Both the position numbers and the translations under genes were made by a program. The notes beneath the pieces are model-generated. The model was not told the DNA's origin and searched no databases. It saw only the letters and a list, made by a program, of their open reading frames with translations. Below, one piece after another: positions 14,474 through 24,542 of a stretch of DNA of 64,000 nucleotides (the first letter of the stretch is position 1; each line of letters starts with the position of its first letter). Origin of the DNA: a virus (Duplodnaviria > Heunggongvirae > Uroviricota > Caudoviricetes); the IMG/VR virus record IMGVR_UViG_3300001525_000208, positions 15,019 to 79,018 of that record, one strand, 5' to 3'.

Positions 14474-14829
14474 TTATTCAAATAAATCTTGCCATCCTGT
14501 ATCAATAGCATCAATTAATTTTTTAGCTTGGATTATATAAAATCTATAATCAATTTTATAGTCTTTCATAGGTTTTTCAACATATTCATTAAAAATAGTT
14601 GCACCGTATCCAACATTCACATTACTTTGTCTTCCGTCTCCGAAATCTTTATACAATGTTCCACCATTAGTAGATATGTAATATCTAGTAGTTCTATTTA
14701 ATTTGTCTTCAACTACTTCGTCATCTCTAATAGTTCTAAACATTGCTGTAGATTTAGAATTTACTTTTAATCTTAAACAGAAATCATATATATCTGTACA
14801 ATTCATAATTGTTTCAGATATAGGAATAC
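14474..14829 (-). CDS. polB: Family-B DNA polymerase, exon 2 (C-terminal thumb region, including KxY-like KNY/TRYY motifs). The exon start is uncertain within 14802-14829.
   Basis: The MNCTDIY... frame is open upstream to about 14970. It contains an RYY..GG..YKDFGDG segment resembling the post-motif-C region of PolB. It lies immediately 3' of a group I intron. Confidence 0.55.
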
Positions 14830-15945
14830 CATATACAAAATAATTCTTTACTGCTAAGGGGACTATTCTTGCAGATGGGTCTTTATGATACTCTTTATAA
14901 ATTTCATAGTCTCCTTTTAATTTAATGTGTTCACATTCAGGAGAATTATCAGTGTATACTGCGATGTAGTTATTTCAAGTTATTCGTCTGATTTCTCAGA
15001 AGCTTGGACTATATCTTTATTATTAATTCTTATAATTCTATGTTTTTTAAAGATTACATCATTTATTTTCTTTTTATTAAATGTGGCTATTACATTTTTA
15101 AATCCTAATAATTCTAACTCTTTATATAATATATTTTCTGCAATTAAATCTCCATTAGAATTATAAATTGTATAAGTCCATTTAGTTAAATTTTTTGACA
15201 TTAATTCGCTTTGTTGAGTTTTTCGCTTGTTGTTATCTTTCCAATATTCTTTAAGTTTATCAGAATGATCTTTATGACATCCGTTTTCCCAATCTTTTTT
15301 AGCACGAATACCTATTTTTTCTTTTGTTTCTTCTGAACAAAAACATTTCCCTTTAGAATCCCATCTTAAATTATATCCTTTATTTGGATTTAAGGAATCT
15401 AATTCTTTCATCCAATATAATTCTTTTTCTGCTAAAAGTTGTTCTAAATTAGAATCTTTAATATCAAAATTTTCAACTAAATAATATTCAAAATTATCTT
15501 CTCCATATTTTTTGACAGCATTTAATAAATGTGGATTTTCATTATAATTCCTATTATCTATTTTAATGTCTGTCATATGTTGATGTAATCTTTTATAACA
15601 ATTTTTTGATTTACCGACATAGATTTTTCCATTTATAGAATTTTTTATTACATAAATTCCTGGAAAATTGCTGTTTCTTTTAATATTTTCATAAGTTATA
15701 TAATTAATTATTTATATAGCAATAAATCAAAATTTTGACATATAATTATTAAAATTCATAATACCCAGCGTTTCCATTTAAATTTTAAATGTACTCTACT
15801 CACTTCCGTTAAATAACGTGTTTTCGATAGTCTCTGAACCTTCTTCTACATAGAAGCTTGGCTGCTGATTAGTATACGATTAATCGTCACGATTTGCGCT
15901 TCAACTTTCCAGCAATTAACCGGGTTACGACGCAAATATTATCTT
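14802..15945 (-). mobile_element. Group I intron in polB carrying a GIY-YIG homing endonuclease gene. The 3' end is uncertain (14802-14829).
   Basis: Conserved group I elements were found on the minus strand:
- P-like AATTGCTGGAAAG (plus 15905-15917)
- Q-like AATCAGCAG (15860-15870)
- R GGTTCAGAGACTA (15825-15840)
- S-like AAGAATAGTCCC (14859-14870), which completes P7 (GACTA/TAGTC).
P1 has exon GACGU pairing with IGS GCGUC, with U.G at the splice site. The TAA that appears to end the polB ORF lies inside the intron. Confidence 0.7.
14980..15711 (-). CDS. GIY-YIG homing endonuclease (intron-encoded). The first in-frame ATG is at 15576, but the GIY-YIG motif lies upstream of it.
   Basis: PGIYVIKNSINGKIYVGKS is encoded at about 15610-15663, in frame with the MTD... 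ORF. The frame is open back to a TAA at 15712-15714 and contains no ATG/GTG/TTG. Confidence 0.7.
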   Translation of the reverse strand: MINYITYENIKRNSNFPGIYVIKNSINGKIYVGKSKNCYKRLHQHMTDIKIDNRNYNENPHLLNAVKKYGEDNFEYYLVENFDIKDSNLEQLLAEKELYWMKELDSLNPNKGYNLRWDSKGKCFCSEETKEKIGIRAKKDWENGCHKDHSDKLKEYWKDNNKRKTQQSELMSKNLTKWTYTIYNSNGDLIAENILYKELELLGFKNVIATFNKKKINDVIFKKHRIIRINNKDIVQASEKSDE

Positions 15946-17372
15946 ACGTCCCTCACGCACATCTTTGAGTATACAGTTTCTTCAATTGTTAGTCCCGTTT
16001 CTTCAGTTAATTGATCATTAACTTTTCTTATCTTATCTAAATCCTCTTTAGGTACATATAAGGTTTGCCCATCCGTGTTAGTCTGAATGAATTTCAGTCT
16101 AGGGCATACTTTGACCCATCTTTCTGCCCACATACAGATAAATATCTGTCCTGCAATAGTAGTTTTAAAGGTATATAATGGATCATATAAGAAGGATTTT
16201 TCCTCATTAGACTTGCCATATGTGCCATTCAAAATAAGTTTATATCCTTCAATTAAAACATTATCACGTTGATTTTTAGGCTTATGTTTTTCAGCTAATC
16301 GTGCATCTATAAATCCAATATATTGTTCATTGAATACAGGACCTAAATGTTCAGGATATAGTCCTAATGATTTTGAAATACTCGGGTAGAGCGAACCGAC
16401 ATCGTAGTCTACGATAACCCATTCGTCATTAGTATTCCAAATTCTTGGTCTAGCGCAGCCGTGAGAACCTCCAAGTCCAAAATCAAACTTATAATCGTGA
16501 AATATCACAGACTGTTGAAATTCACCTTTAATTCCTTTGATTGTGATATGTTTTACTGTATCTAAGAATTGATTAAATTCTTTAGACTCAATTTTACACC
16601 ATTTAGGAATACAATCTGATAATTTTATTCCTTCAGGTCTAGGAGTTCCACCTTGTCTTTTTAATTCATTTGGTAATATTCCTACTTTTCTTGCATATAA
16701 ATTTAAAATAAGCTCTTCTCCCATAGGTACATCACCCATATTGAGAACATTTACTTTAAATTTCTTGTTTAAATCCTGCCTAAGTTTAATTTTATTTTTT
16801 CCTTTATATAATGGATATTCCGTTTTACCGAGAGTAGTAAGGAAAAATAAATATGTGGCATAAACGTCATTCTTATTATAAGTAAGAATGCATTTTTCAT
16901 CACCTTTTTTACACCAAGTTGTATGATGAATAGGCATTTCTTCTACATTAGGCATCCTCATACATACTTCTAGGTCCTTGAGACTACATAATCTAGCTTT
17001 ATTATTGTAATGCCAGATTTTGTAAAGATCTAGCTGTTTTATGAGTACATTTCTTTCAGCAATAACAGAAAACTCTTGTTCAATTATCTCTTGTGACTTC
17101 TTATATAACTTTTGAGCTAATTCTTGCCCATCTAAGAATTCATAATCATTAATAAAATGACGTAAGAAATGATGCTCTAACGGGTAATCATATGAAAGGT
17201 TGTTGAACCCAACCTGTATTAATTTATCTCTATTTAAATGCTCATATAGTGATTTAGAGTCGTTTCTCCAATCACAAATAACAAATTGATAATACTTATC
17301 TTCTTTAGGACAATATCCTGTATAAGTAAATACATTACTTAGACATTCTAAATCGTATATTTCTAATATCAA
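15946..17372 (-). CDS. polB: Family-B DNA polymerase, exon 1, with a TTG start
   Basis: Exonuclease motifs:
- Exo I: DLE at residues 7-9
- Exo II: FNNLSYD
- Exo III: YNKND
Polymerase motifs:
- motif A: DYDVGSLYPSI
- motif B: KLILNGTYGK
- motif C-like: TNTDG
The track ORF ends at a TAA at 15939-15941, which lies inside the intron. The true exon ends after ...CVRDV at 15946. Confidence 0.8.
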
Positions 17373-17713
17373 TTCTTGTATACTTTAAATTTAGGTTCCC
17401 AAATTTCACCAATCTTACCTTTTTTGCAACCTAAACCAATCCATTTAATATCTAAGAAATGTTCAAAAATATAAGGAATAATTGTAAATACTATGTTTGG
17501 AATCTCGAAATCATTCCAATATATCATTACAAATGAATCGGTTTCTGTTTTTAAATAATATCCTCTAACTGTATGCGCCCAAGGATACCCGTAATCTGCA
17601 AACCATTCAGCATGGGACATATTTGCGTGTCTAGTATCTGAAAATTTTACTAGTAAACTATCTCCGTCTATATAAAAAGGTTTTCGTTTTTGATGAAATT
17701 CTTCTAATGTCAT
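17369..17713 (-). CDS. Hypothetical protein overlapping the polB start by 4 nt
   Basis: ORF with an ATGA/TTGA-type overlap to polB. No recognisable domain. Confidence 0.4.
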   Translation of the reverse strand: MTLEEFHQKRKPFYIDGDSLLVKFSDTRHANMSHAEWFADYGYPWAHTVRGYYLKTETDSFVMIYWNDFEIPNIVFTIIPYIFEHFLDIKWIGLGCKKGKIGEIWEPKFKVYKN

Positions 17714-18558
17714 AAAAGTATTTTAAGTTTAGTTGAATATTTATCTTTCAGTTTTTTTAATGCAGTTTCTTTAATTTGTCTTACTCTTTCAGTAGTCATT
17801 CCAAACCGTGTTCCAATTTCATCCAATGACATAGATTGAGTATTAATTCCAAAATACATTCTAACTATATCTTGTTCTCTATTACCTAAACTATTAAGAA
17901 CCTTATTAACTTCATAAACTTTAGATTCTTTTAATAAAGTATCATCAGTTTTACTATAACTAGGTAACATATCTCCAAGTGTACTTTCTTCTTCATCATC
18001 AATTGTAATATCTAAAGAAGAACATTTATTCATATATTTAAATACATCAGAAACATAATCTTCACTTGTATTCAAATATTTGGATATTTCTTTTACAGTT
18101 GGAGTTCTTTCTAATTGTTTTTCTAAAGTTGTTCTTGCTTTTTTAACTTTATTAATTTTAGTAATAAAAGTAATAGGGTATCTTATAGTTTTAGAAGCAT
18201 TATATATTGCAGCTACGATAGATTGTCTTATCCACCAAACTGCGTATGAAATAAACTTAAAACCTTTACTTCCATCATACTCTTGTGCTGCTTTTATCAA
18301 ACCTAAATTACCTTCACTTATCAAATCTTCTAAAGATAAACCTTGTCCTTGATATTGTTTAGCTACAGTAATAACAAATTTTAAATTTGATTTGACTAGA
18401 GTATTTAAAGCATCAACATCTCCATTTTTAATTCTATTAGATAATTCAATCTCTTGTTCTAAAGATAAAAAATTACATTTATAGATGTCTTTAAAATATA
18501 AACGAAGAGATTCTCTATCTGTAGGAGTAATTGATTTAGTTTTAGTTATTTTCTTCAT
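17710..18558 (-). CDS. Sigma-70 family RNA polymerase sigma factor (regions 2 and 4)
   Basis: Region 2-like: LVKSNLKFVITVAKQYQGQGLSLEDLISEGNLGLIKAAQEYD. Region 4 HTH: LDEIGTRFGMTTERVRQIKETALKKLK. Confidence 0.8.
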   Translation of the reverse strand: MKKITKTKSITPTDRESLRLYFKDIYKCNFLSLEQEIELSNRIKNGDVDALNTLVKSNLKFVITVAKQYQGQGLSLEDLISEGNLGLIKAAQEYDGSKGFKFISYAVWWIRQSIVAAIYNASKTIRYPITFITKINKVKKARTTLEKQLERTPTVKEISKYLNTSEDYVSDVFKYMNKCSSLDITIDDEEESTLGDMLPSYSKTDDTLLKESKVYEVNKVLNSLGNREQDIVRMYFGINTQSMSLDEIGTRFGMTTERVRQIKETALKKLKDKYSTKLKILL

Positions 18559-18629
18559 TTATTAATCTAATTTCTGATGTACAATTAGAATAATATTTAA
18601 GAGCTACTTTAGTATAACTAGTAACCCAT

Positions 18630-18956
18630 TTAATCGGATAATGTATTAGCATAATTAACAGTTTGTTTATATTCTAACATAAAATTAGCAAACACTTGTG
18701 CTAAATCTTCAGGAACTTCTGTATTCCAATAATAACTAAAAACATGAAATAATTCATGTAAAAATGTTTGGTACCTGTTTTCAATTTTAACAGGATACCA
18801 AACATTTTCAATTTTTACATTTTTAGCTATACAAATACAGTTTAAAGCATCGTTGAATTCACCATAAACATCACCATCATGTAGACTTTTGACTAATTTT
18901 ACAGTGAATTCAATTCCTGCTATTTTAAACTTTTCAGGTATTTGATAGTTCATCAA
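18630..18956 (-). CDS. Small protein with an HExxH motif (putative zinc metallopeptidase-like)
   Basis: FLHELFHVF contains HELFH. There is no other support. Confidence 0.3.
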   Translation of the reverse strand: MMNYQIPEKFKIAGIEFTVKLVKSLHDGDVYGEFNDALNCICIAKNVKIENVWYPVKIENRYQTFLHELFHVFSYYWNTEVPEDLAQVFANFMLEYKQTVNYANTLSD

Positions 18957-19313
18957 TTATTTTATAATAATCTTCATAAGATAAAGTTGAATTAGGAAAA
19001 TTTAATCTTGTTAAATCACGTAATTTTTCCCAAAGATTAAATATAACTTGATATACACCTGAAGGAAAATATTTATTAAGAACAAACATATCTGATTTAG
19101 ATATTTCTACAGGTGTGAATTGCAAGTAATCAAAATCTTCTAAAGTTAATAAATTAAATCCTTCATTAGTTCCAAAATGAAAACTATCTGTTAATCTTTT
19201 TAATTTAGATTTAGCATACATATAAAAATTATATGCGTCTTCATCTAATATTTCAAAGAATGGAACTTCAAATTCATCTGCCCAATTTACAGATTCATTA
19301 ATTAAATAATATT

Positions 19314-20522
19314 TCATTTTTTCAAATCCCATCTAAACACACGAAATTTAGGCTGGGTAGGAATTCCGTCCTCAGAGTAATTAAAGAAAGTACATTCTCC
19401 AATTTCGTTTCTATATTTAGAGTCAAAATTAGTTACATACTCTTCTTTTTGTTCTCTTGTTCCGCAGGGCATTGCTTCAAATGTACGGCCATCTTCCAAT
19501 TCACAAGTAAAAGTCATATCTTCTGAACCTCTTGCCCCGAGTTTATAATCTATTACTTTAAAATCTTCTGATTTATATGCTTTAATTTTAATAAGATTAT
19601 TACAACGAGCACCCACTTTATAAGCTTTAGTGGGATCAGTAATTACCGCACCTTCAAATCCGTCAGAAACCCATGCGTCGTGAAGCTTCTTCATATTATC
19701 CCAACCTGAAACGTAGGTGTGTTTTAGTAGTCTAATAGGTGCATCAGATTCATCTTCATTACTTTCATATATTGGAAAATTATGAACACGAACAAAAAAT
19801 TCTTCTAAGAATTCATATCGATCAGAAGCAATCATATCAGGATTGGATGAATCGTAGCAATCGTAAACCCAATATTGAAGCCAATCACAGTCGTAAGCAT
19901 TCTTTTCCATTCTTGCTGCACCACTTAGTTGTTGTAGAGTTTTACCTCTAACAAACAATTCTCCATCTAATATAACAGAAGGATTTTCTTGAAAGAACTC
20001 TATTAACATAGGATTATTTCGTAGATGAATAGTAGAATAATCGTATGTATCACCTCCTCTACTAGCAGTGTGTATTTCTCCATCTTTATAATAGAATAGA
20101 GCTTTAAGTCCGTCAAGCTTTCGCGATATAAGCCATTCTTTATCAAAGATTTTCTTATTAGTAACCTTATCGGCTTGTTTAGCTAATTGAGGTTTAATCA
20201 CACCAGCTTGATTAGTTTTAAGTTCTCCAAATAATTCGGATAATTCTTCTGTAGAATAACTATTAGGATGTCTTGTTAATTCAATATAACCTTTATCCTT
20301 ATACCCTTTAACAAAACTATTAAATTGAAGCAATGCTTGCTGGTTAAGAGTCCTTCCAGCTTTTCCAATTTTAATAATAGTATCAGGACTTCTAGTTACT
20401 TTACCTCTAACTTGTCCATATTCGCGAGTGATTAAAAATCCATTATCATAATCTTCATGCCAAGTTACTACTACAAATCTAAATTTATTATTAGAAGATT
20501 TACTCAACAAATATGTAATCAT
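19314..20522 (-). CDS. ATP-dependent DNA ligase (covalent nucleotidyltransferase). An RNA-ligase-type enzyme is not excluded.
   Basis: Motif I KLDGLK, motif III LDGELFV, motif IV DGFEGAVIT, motif V NLIKIKAYK. Confidence 0.65.
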   Translation of the reverse strand: MITYLLSKSSNNKFRFVVVTWHEDYDNGFLITREYGQVRGKVTRSPDTIIKIGKAGRTLNQQALLQFNSFVKGYKDKGYIELTRHPNSYSTEELSELFGELKTNQAGVIKPQLAKQADKVTNKKIFDKEWLISRKLDGLKALFYYKDGEIHTASRGGDTYDYSTIHLRNNPMLIEFFQENPSVILDGELFVRGKTLQQLSGAARMEKNAYDCDWLQYWVYDCYDSSNPDMIASDRYEFLEEFFVRVHNFPIYESNEDESDAPIRLLKHTYVSGWDNMKKLHDAWVSDGFEGAVITDPTKAYKVGARCNNLIKIKAYKSEDFKVIDYKLGARGSEDMTFTCELEDGRTFEAMPCGTREQKEEYVTNFDSKYRNEIGECTFFNYSEDGIPTQPKFRVFRWDLKK

Positions 20523-21128
20523 TTACGATAATATTTAACAATTTCCCAAAGATCATCTATAGTTTCTATTGGAATCTCATTATTATCCTCGTCCCACATC
20601 TTTAATTCAGGATTTCCAGATTTTTCATATAACCACCAATTTATATCGTCTACTCCACATTCATCAAATAAAAAATTGATAGTTTTATCAAATAAACTAG
20701 AGGCGTATTCTATCCAATCGCTTTCAAAGAGTGTAGGTACACTGAGAACTTCAGAAACTTCATCAATTCTATCTGACCATTCCAAATGTTTTGAAATAAG
20801 ATCGAAAAATTCTTCCTTAGTTATCATGTAAATATATATATTTAATACAGTTTTCTGAAAAGAAAACATCTTGTTTTACAAATGTTCTATAGTCAGAAAC
20901 TTCATTTTCTTCTAATTCTTCAGCCTTACAATTACATCTATCTTGTACCCATTCTAAATCCTCAGAGTAGCAACCTTTAAGAAATGATTTTGCGTCTTCT
21001 TCAGATTTAGTAGCATAGAGAACTTCAAATTGATTTTCTGAAGGAGTTTGCCAATTGTTAACTACAATATAGATTTCAGGACAATTTGTATTTCTAGCTA
21101 TAAATTCATTATCTATCATTGTAATATT

Positions 21129-21644
21129 TTATTTATTACCACTGTGTCCAAATCCACCATCTCCTCTTTCAGTTTCATTGAGAGAATCTACTACTTCCCA
21201 TTCAATCTTATTAACTTTTTCAAGGAGAGCTTGACATATACGTTCACCATCTTCAATATAGATATCCTCTAAACCAAGATTTATAACTGGAAGCATCCAC
21301 TCCCCTCTGTAATCAGAGTCTATAGTACTTGGAGAATTAGCAAGCTGCAGACCTTTCTTAATAGCCATACCTGAACGAGGTCTAAGCGATACTTGATAAC
21401 CTTCAGGAATTGCAGTAAACAACCCTGTGGGTAAAAGTGCTCTGCTACGAGGAGCTAGACGTACCATAGGTATATTATGTCCTTCTCCTGCCCAAATTAC
21501 TTCAGCATCACCGAAACCTTTAATAGGTTTATCAGGAGTTACTCTACTAAGATCAACACACACATCAAGACCTGCTGCACCTTTAGATTCATATTTAGGA
21601 AGTTTGTGATTAGATACATTAATTACTTTTACTACTTGTTCCAT
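21129..21644 (-). CDS. dut: dUTP pyrophosphatase
   Basis: dUTPase motifs GAAGLDV, PRSGMAIKKG, STIDSDYRGE and RGDGGFGHSG. Confidence 0.88.
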   Translation of the reverse strand: MEQVVKVINVSNHKLPKYESKGAAGLDVCVDLSRVTPDKPIKGFGDAEVIWAGEGHNIPMVRLAPRSRALLPTGLFTAIPEGYQVSLRPRSGMAIKKGLQLANSPSTIDSDYRGEWMLPVINLGLEDIYIEDGERICQALLEKVNKIEWEVVDSLNETERGDGGFGHSGNK

Positions 21645-22627
21645 AATTTTTAAGATATTTAATTAAACAATCAATTACATCATCTGCTTCTGAATAAAAA
21701 ACTGTAAGAAGTTTGTCTTCTGTTGTAACTACAGCAAACGGATCTAAATGCGCACCATAATAATTTTTAAGTTTCCAACCTTCTTTCTTGCCTTTCTTTG
21801 AGAGAATATCGATAAACTTAAAATTAAAAGGTAATTTTTTCAAATCTTCTATTTGTGAAGAATCATTATAAGTTACAGAAATAGTTATCATATTAATAAA
21901 AGTGTAATAGCACTTAATACTTTTAATACTGCATCCAAAATAGTTATTATTAAACCATTTTTGTATTCTTCATATCCTTGTCGTTTTATCTGCTCAGTTA
22001 AATCAAGACTGTACAATATGTACAGTTCAACTAAAGCAGAAAACAACAATAATGTTCCTAATGCTACTTTCATTTATCAAGCTTTTCGTATTCTAATCTT
22101 TTAGTAAGATATATAATTGCATCTAATTGACCTCTAGTAAGATGTATCAGATTATCATTAATACTTATATCCCAACCTTCTCCATTACCCCATTCAGTAA
22201 TAGATATAAAATCTCCTTTTTTAGCGAGATAATCATAAGTATTTAAATCATCAACTACGTTTCTAACTTTCTGAATATCCATTTTTACTTAATATTTTAA
22301 ATCCTTCTTCTAATAATTTCCAAAATACTTGTCGTTCTGAATAGTTTAAACGCATAGGTTCATCTGCTTCAAATTCTAAGATATAACCTTTATCGTGATA
22401 CCATCTAAACGCAGCGATTGTAAAAGAAATTTCAGGACTTACAAAACAACTTTTATGAATTCTATATTTAGGAGTATCGGGATTCTGATAGAATTCGTCG
22501 TTTACTTTAATATAATCTTTTTCTTTACCATAATAATCATTAGGCAACCATCTATTAATTTGATAAGTAATATGCTCAGGAGTTTTTTCTAAATAAGTTG
22601 CTTTGTCTAAACTTAAATTGTCTATTC

Positions 22628-23974
22628 TCATTTTTGAAAAATATAAGTATCACCTCTAGTTCTTGATAATGCTACATATTGTAATTGTCGTAAATTTTCA
22701 GGATCACGATTTCGCATAACATCTGTCATGTCGACATATACATTATTATAACTAGAACCTTGTGATTTATGAATAGTTAATGCGTAACCTCTATCAAAAG
22801 ATTTTTTTCTAATTAATCTTCCGTCAAATCTTAAATCTACAGGTGTTGTAAAACTATCTAAAACACTATAATATTTACCCCAAGTCATACCTCTGTATTT
22901 TGGGAGAGCATCAATTGCTTGTAATCTTAAACTATCTATATGAGCAGCTAAAGATTCAAAAATACTTGGATCTATATTTTTATCAAGTATTTTAATATTA
23001 TGGGTTTCATCATTACCTGTATCATATAAAGACAATTCAAATGCAGGTAATGACATAAAGTATGGAATTCTAATATCTATAGGTTTAGGGTCTTTTACTA
23101 ATAAATAATCCATAGAGTTCCAAAAATTGTACTTATTAATTTTCAGATTCTCACATCCCATTAATATTTCACCTTTATGCCAATGTTTAGAATCTCCAAA
23201 TATATGTTTAGCAATTGCTTCATTATAATTACTAACTCTGTTATTAGTAAATGCCAATATTTTAGATTCAAAAATGTCATGATTATCTATAGCTCTTTTT
23301 ATTCCATTTTTACACAAATTAAAAAATTCAATAAAATTAGACTCACAGAACACATTACCACTCTCACTAGTAGAAGTATTAAAGTGAAGTATTTGATGTT
23401 CTCTAAGAGTCTCTAAGATAGGCATAATAGCACTTTCTGAAGACTGTCTATAGATTTTAGTCAAATTAAATGAATCTTTCAAATCATATACTAAAGATAC
23501 TCTATCTGAATCTACAGGCTTTAACTGACATTTATCTGAAATAAATAGAATCTTACTCTTAAATTCAGAGCATTTTTTAAGCAAAATTCTAAATAAATCA
23601 TCACTTATCATTGAAGCCTCATCACAAATTACTAAACCTTTATAAGGAATCATTCCTGAATCCTTACCCATTTTAAACAATAAATCTTTAAAATCTAATT
23701 CAATTATATCTAAATTAGGAGATAAAGATAAAAGTTTATGTAATGTAGTAGCATCTCTTTTAGAATAGTATTTAATTACTGCTTTAGCTTTATGTGTTGG
23801 TGCGCAAAGACAATAATCAATACCTGTATCTTCAAGCCAATCTATAATAGTAGAAATAAGAAAACTTTTTCCACTACCTCCAGGACCCGTTAATGAAAAA
23901 GCAGGCTTATCACTTCTGATAAATTTTTTAATCTTATCAAAAGCGATAGCCTGCTCTTCTCCTAATTTAATCAT
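22628..23974 (-). CDS. Dda/RecD-like SF1B DNA helicase
   Basis: Walker A GPGGSGKSF, Walker B LVICDEASMI, and C-terminal TIHKSQGSSY typical of RecD/Dda helicases. Confidence 0.75.
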   Translation of the reverse strand: MIKLGEEQAIAFDKIKKFIRSDKPAFSLTGPGGSGKSFLISTIIDWLEDTGIDYCLCAPTHKAKAVIKYYSKRDATTLHKLLSLSPNLDIIELDFKDLLFKMGKDSGMIPYKGLVICDEASMISDDLFRILLKKCSEFKSKILFISDKCQLKPVDSDRVSLVYDLKDSFNLTKIYRQSSESAIMPILETLREHQILHFNTSTSESGNVFCESNFIEFFNLCKNGIKRAIDNHDIFESKILAFTNNRVSNYNEAIAKHIFGDSKHWHKGEILMGCENLKINKYNFWNSMDYLLVKDPKPIDIRIPYFMSLPAFELSLYDTGNDETHNIKILDKNIDPSIFESLAAHIDSLRLQAIDALPKYRGMTWGKYYSVLDSFTTPVDLRFDGRLIRKKSFDRGYALTIHKSQGSSYNNVYVDMTDVMRNRDPENLRQLQYVALSRTRGDTYIFQK

Positions 23975-24464
23975 TTAATAAAATAACCTTATTATTTTTT
24001 AAAGATTCTTGTACATCTATAATTCTTTGATTGGTCGAACCTCTCCATTTTAGATTTAAATTTCTTTTAGTATAATCATATTTACCATCTATTAATACTG
24101 TAATATATTTAAGTAATTCGGGATATTTATTTTTAATATCTTCATACGAATACCCTGTCCAAATCCAAATAGATTTATTATATATATTACAAAAATGCAA
24201 AAACTTTAAAGTTTCATCATAAGCATTATTATTAAATAGATGATAAAATGGATCTCCTCCTAATATAGAAATTCCATCAATTTTAGAATTATTAATATAT
24301 GTTTTTAATATATCATAATCCAGAGGTTCTCCTTGATCAGGATTCCAAGTTTGTGGTGACCAACAATCTTTACAGCAATTATTACATCCTGCTAACCATA
24401 TGGAACACCTAATACCTGGACCATTAATCACATCATATTTTTTATATTCAATAACATTAATCAT
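23967..24464 (-). CDS. nrdG: Anaerobic ribonucleotide reductase activating protein NrdG
   Basis: Cys cluster GCNNCCKDCWSP. It sits immediately downstream of nrdD exon 2 (the start codon abuts the nrdD stop). Confidence 0.7.
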   Translation of the reverse strand: MINVIEYKKYDVINGPGIRCSIWLAGCNNCCKDCWSPQTWNPDQGEPLDYDILKTYINNSKIDGISILGGDPFYHLFNNNAYDETLKFLHFCNIYNKSIWIWTGYSYEDIKNKYPELLKYITVLIDGKYDYTKRNLNLKWRGSTNQRIIDVQESLKNNKVILLND

Positions 24465-24538
24465 TTAGAAGTGTTTTACTCTATCGTTAATGTCTCCAAC
24501 TCGTCCTTTACTAATTCCGTTAGTTAGAACACCTATAT
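24465..24538 (-). CDS. nrdD: nrdD exon 2 (encodes YIGVLTNGISKGRVGDINDRVKHF*)
   Basis: It completes the glycyl-radical motif RRLCG|YIG. The NrdD C-terminal ...RVKH tail is present. It is preceded by a G (omega-G) at 24539. Confidence 0.7.
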
Positions 24539-24542
24539 CATT

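Noticed and set aside
14859-14870. Doubt that the S-like element is real, because it lies in a frame that stays open (it would encode RIVPL)
   Set aside because: The open frame is short and AT-rich. P, Q and R are unambiguous upstream, and the S-like element completes P7 (GACTA/TAGTC). The element was retained, but the exact 3' splice site is left unresolved (14802-14829).
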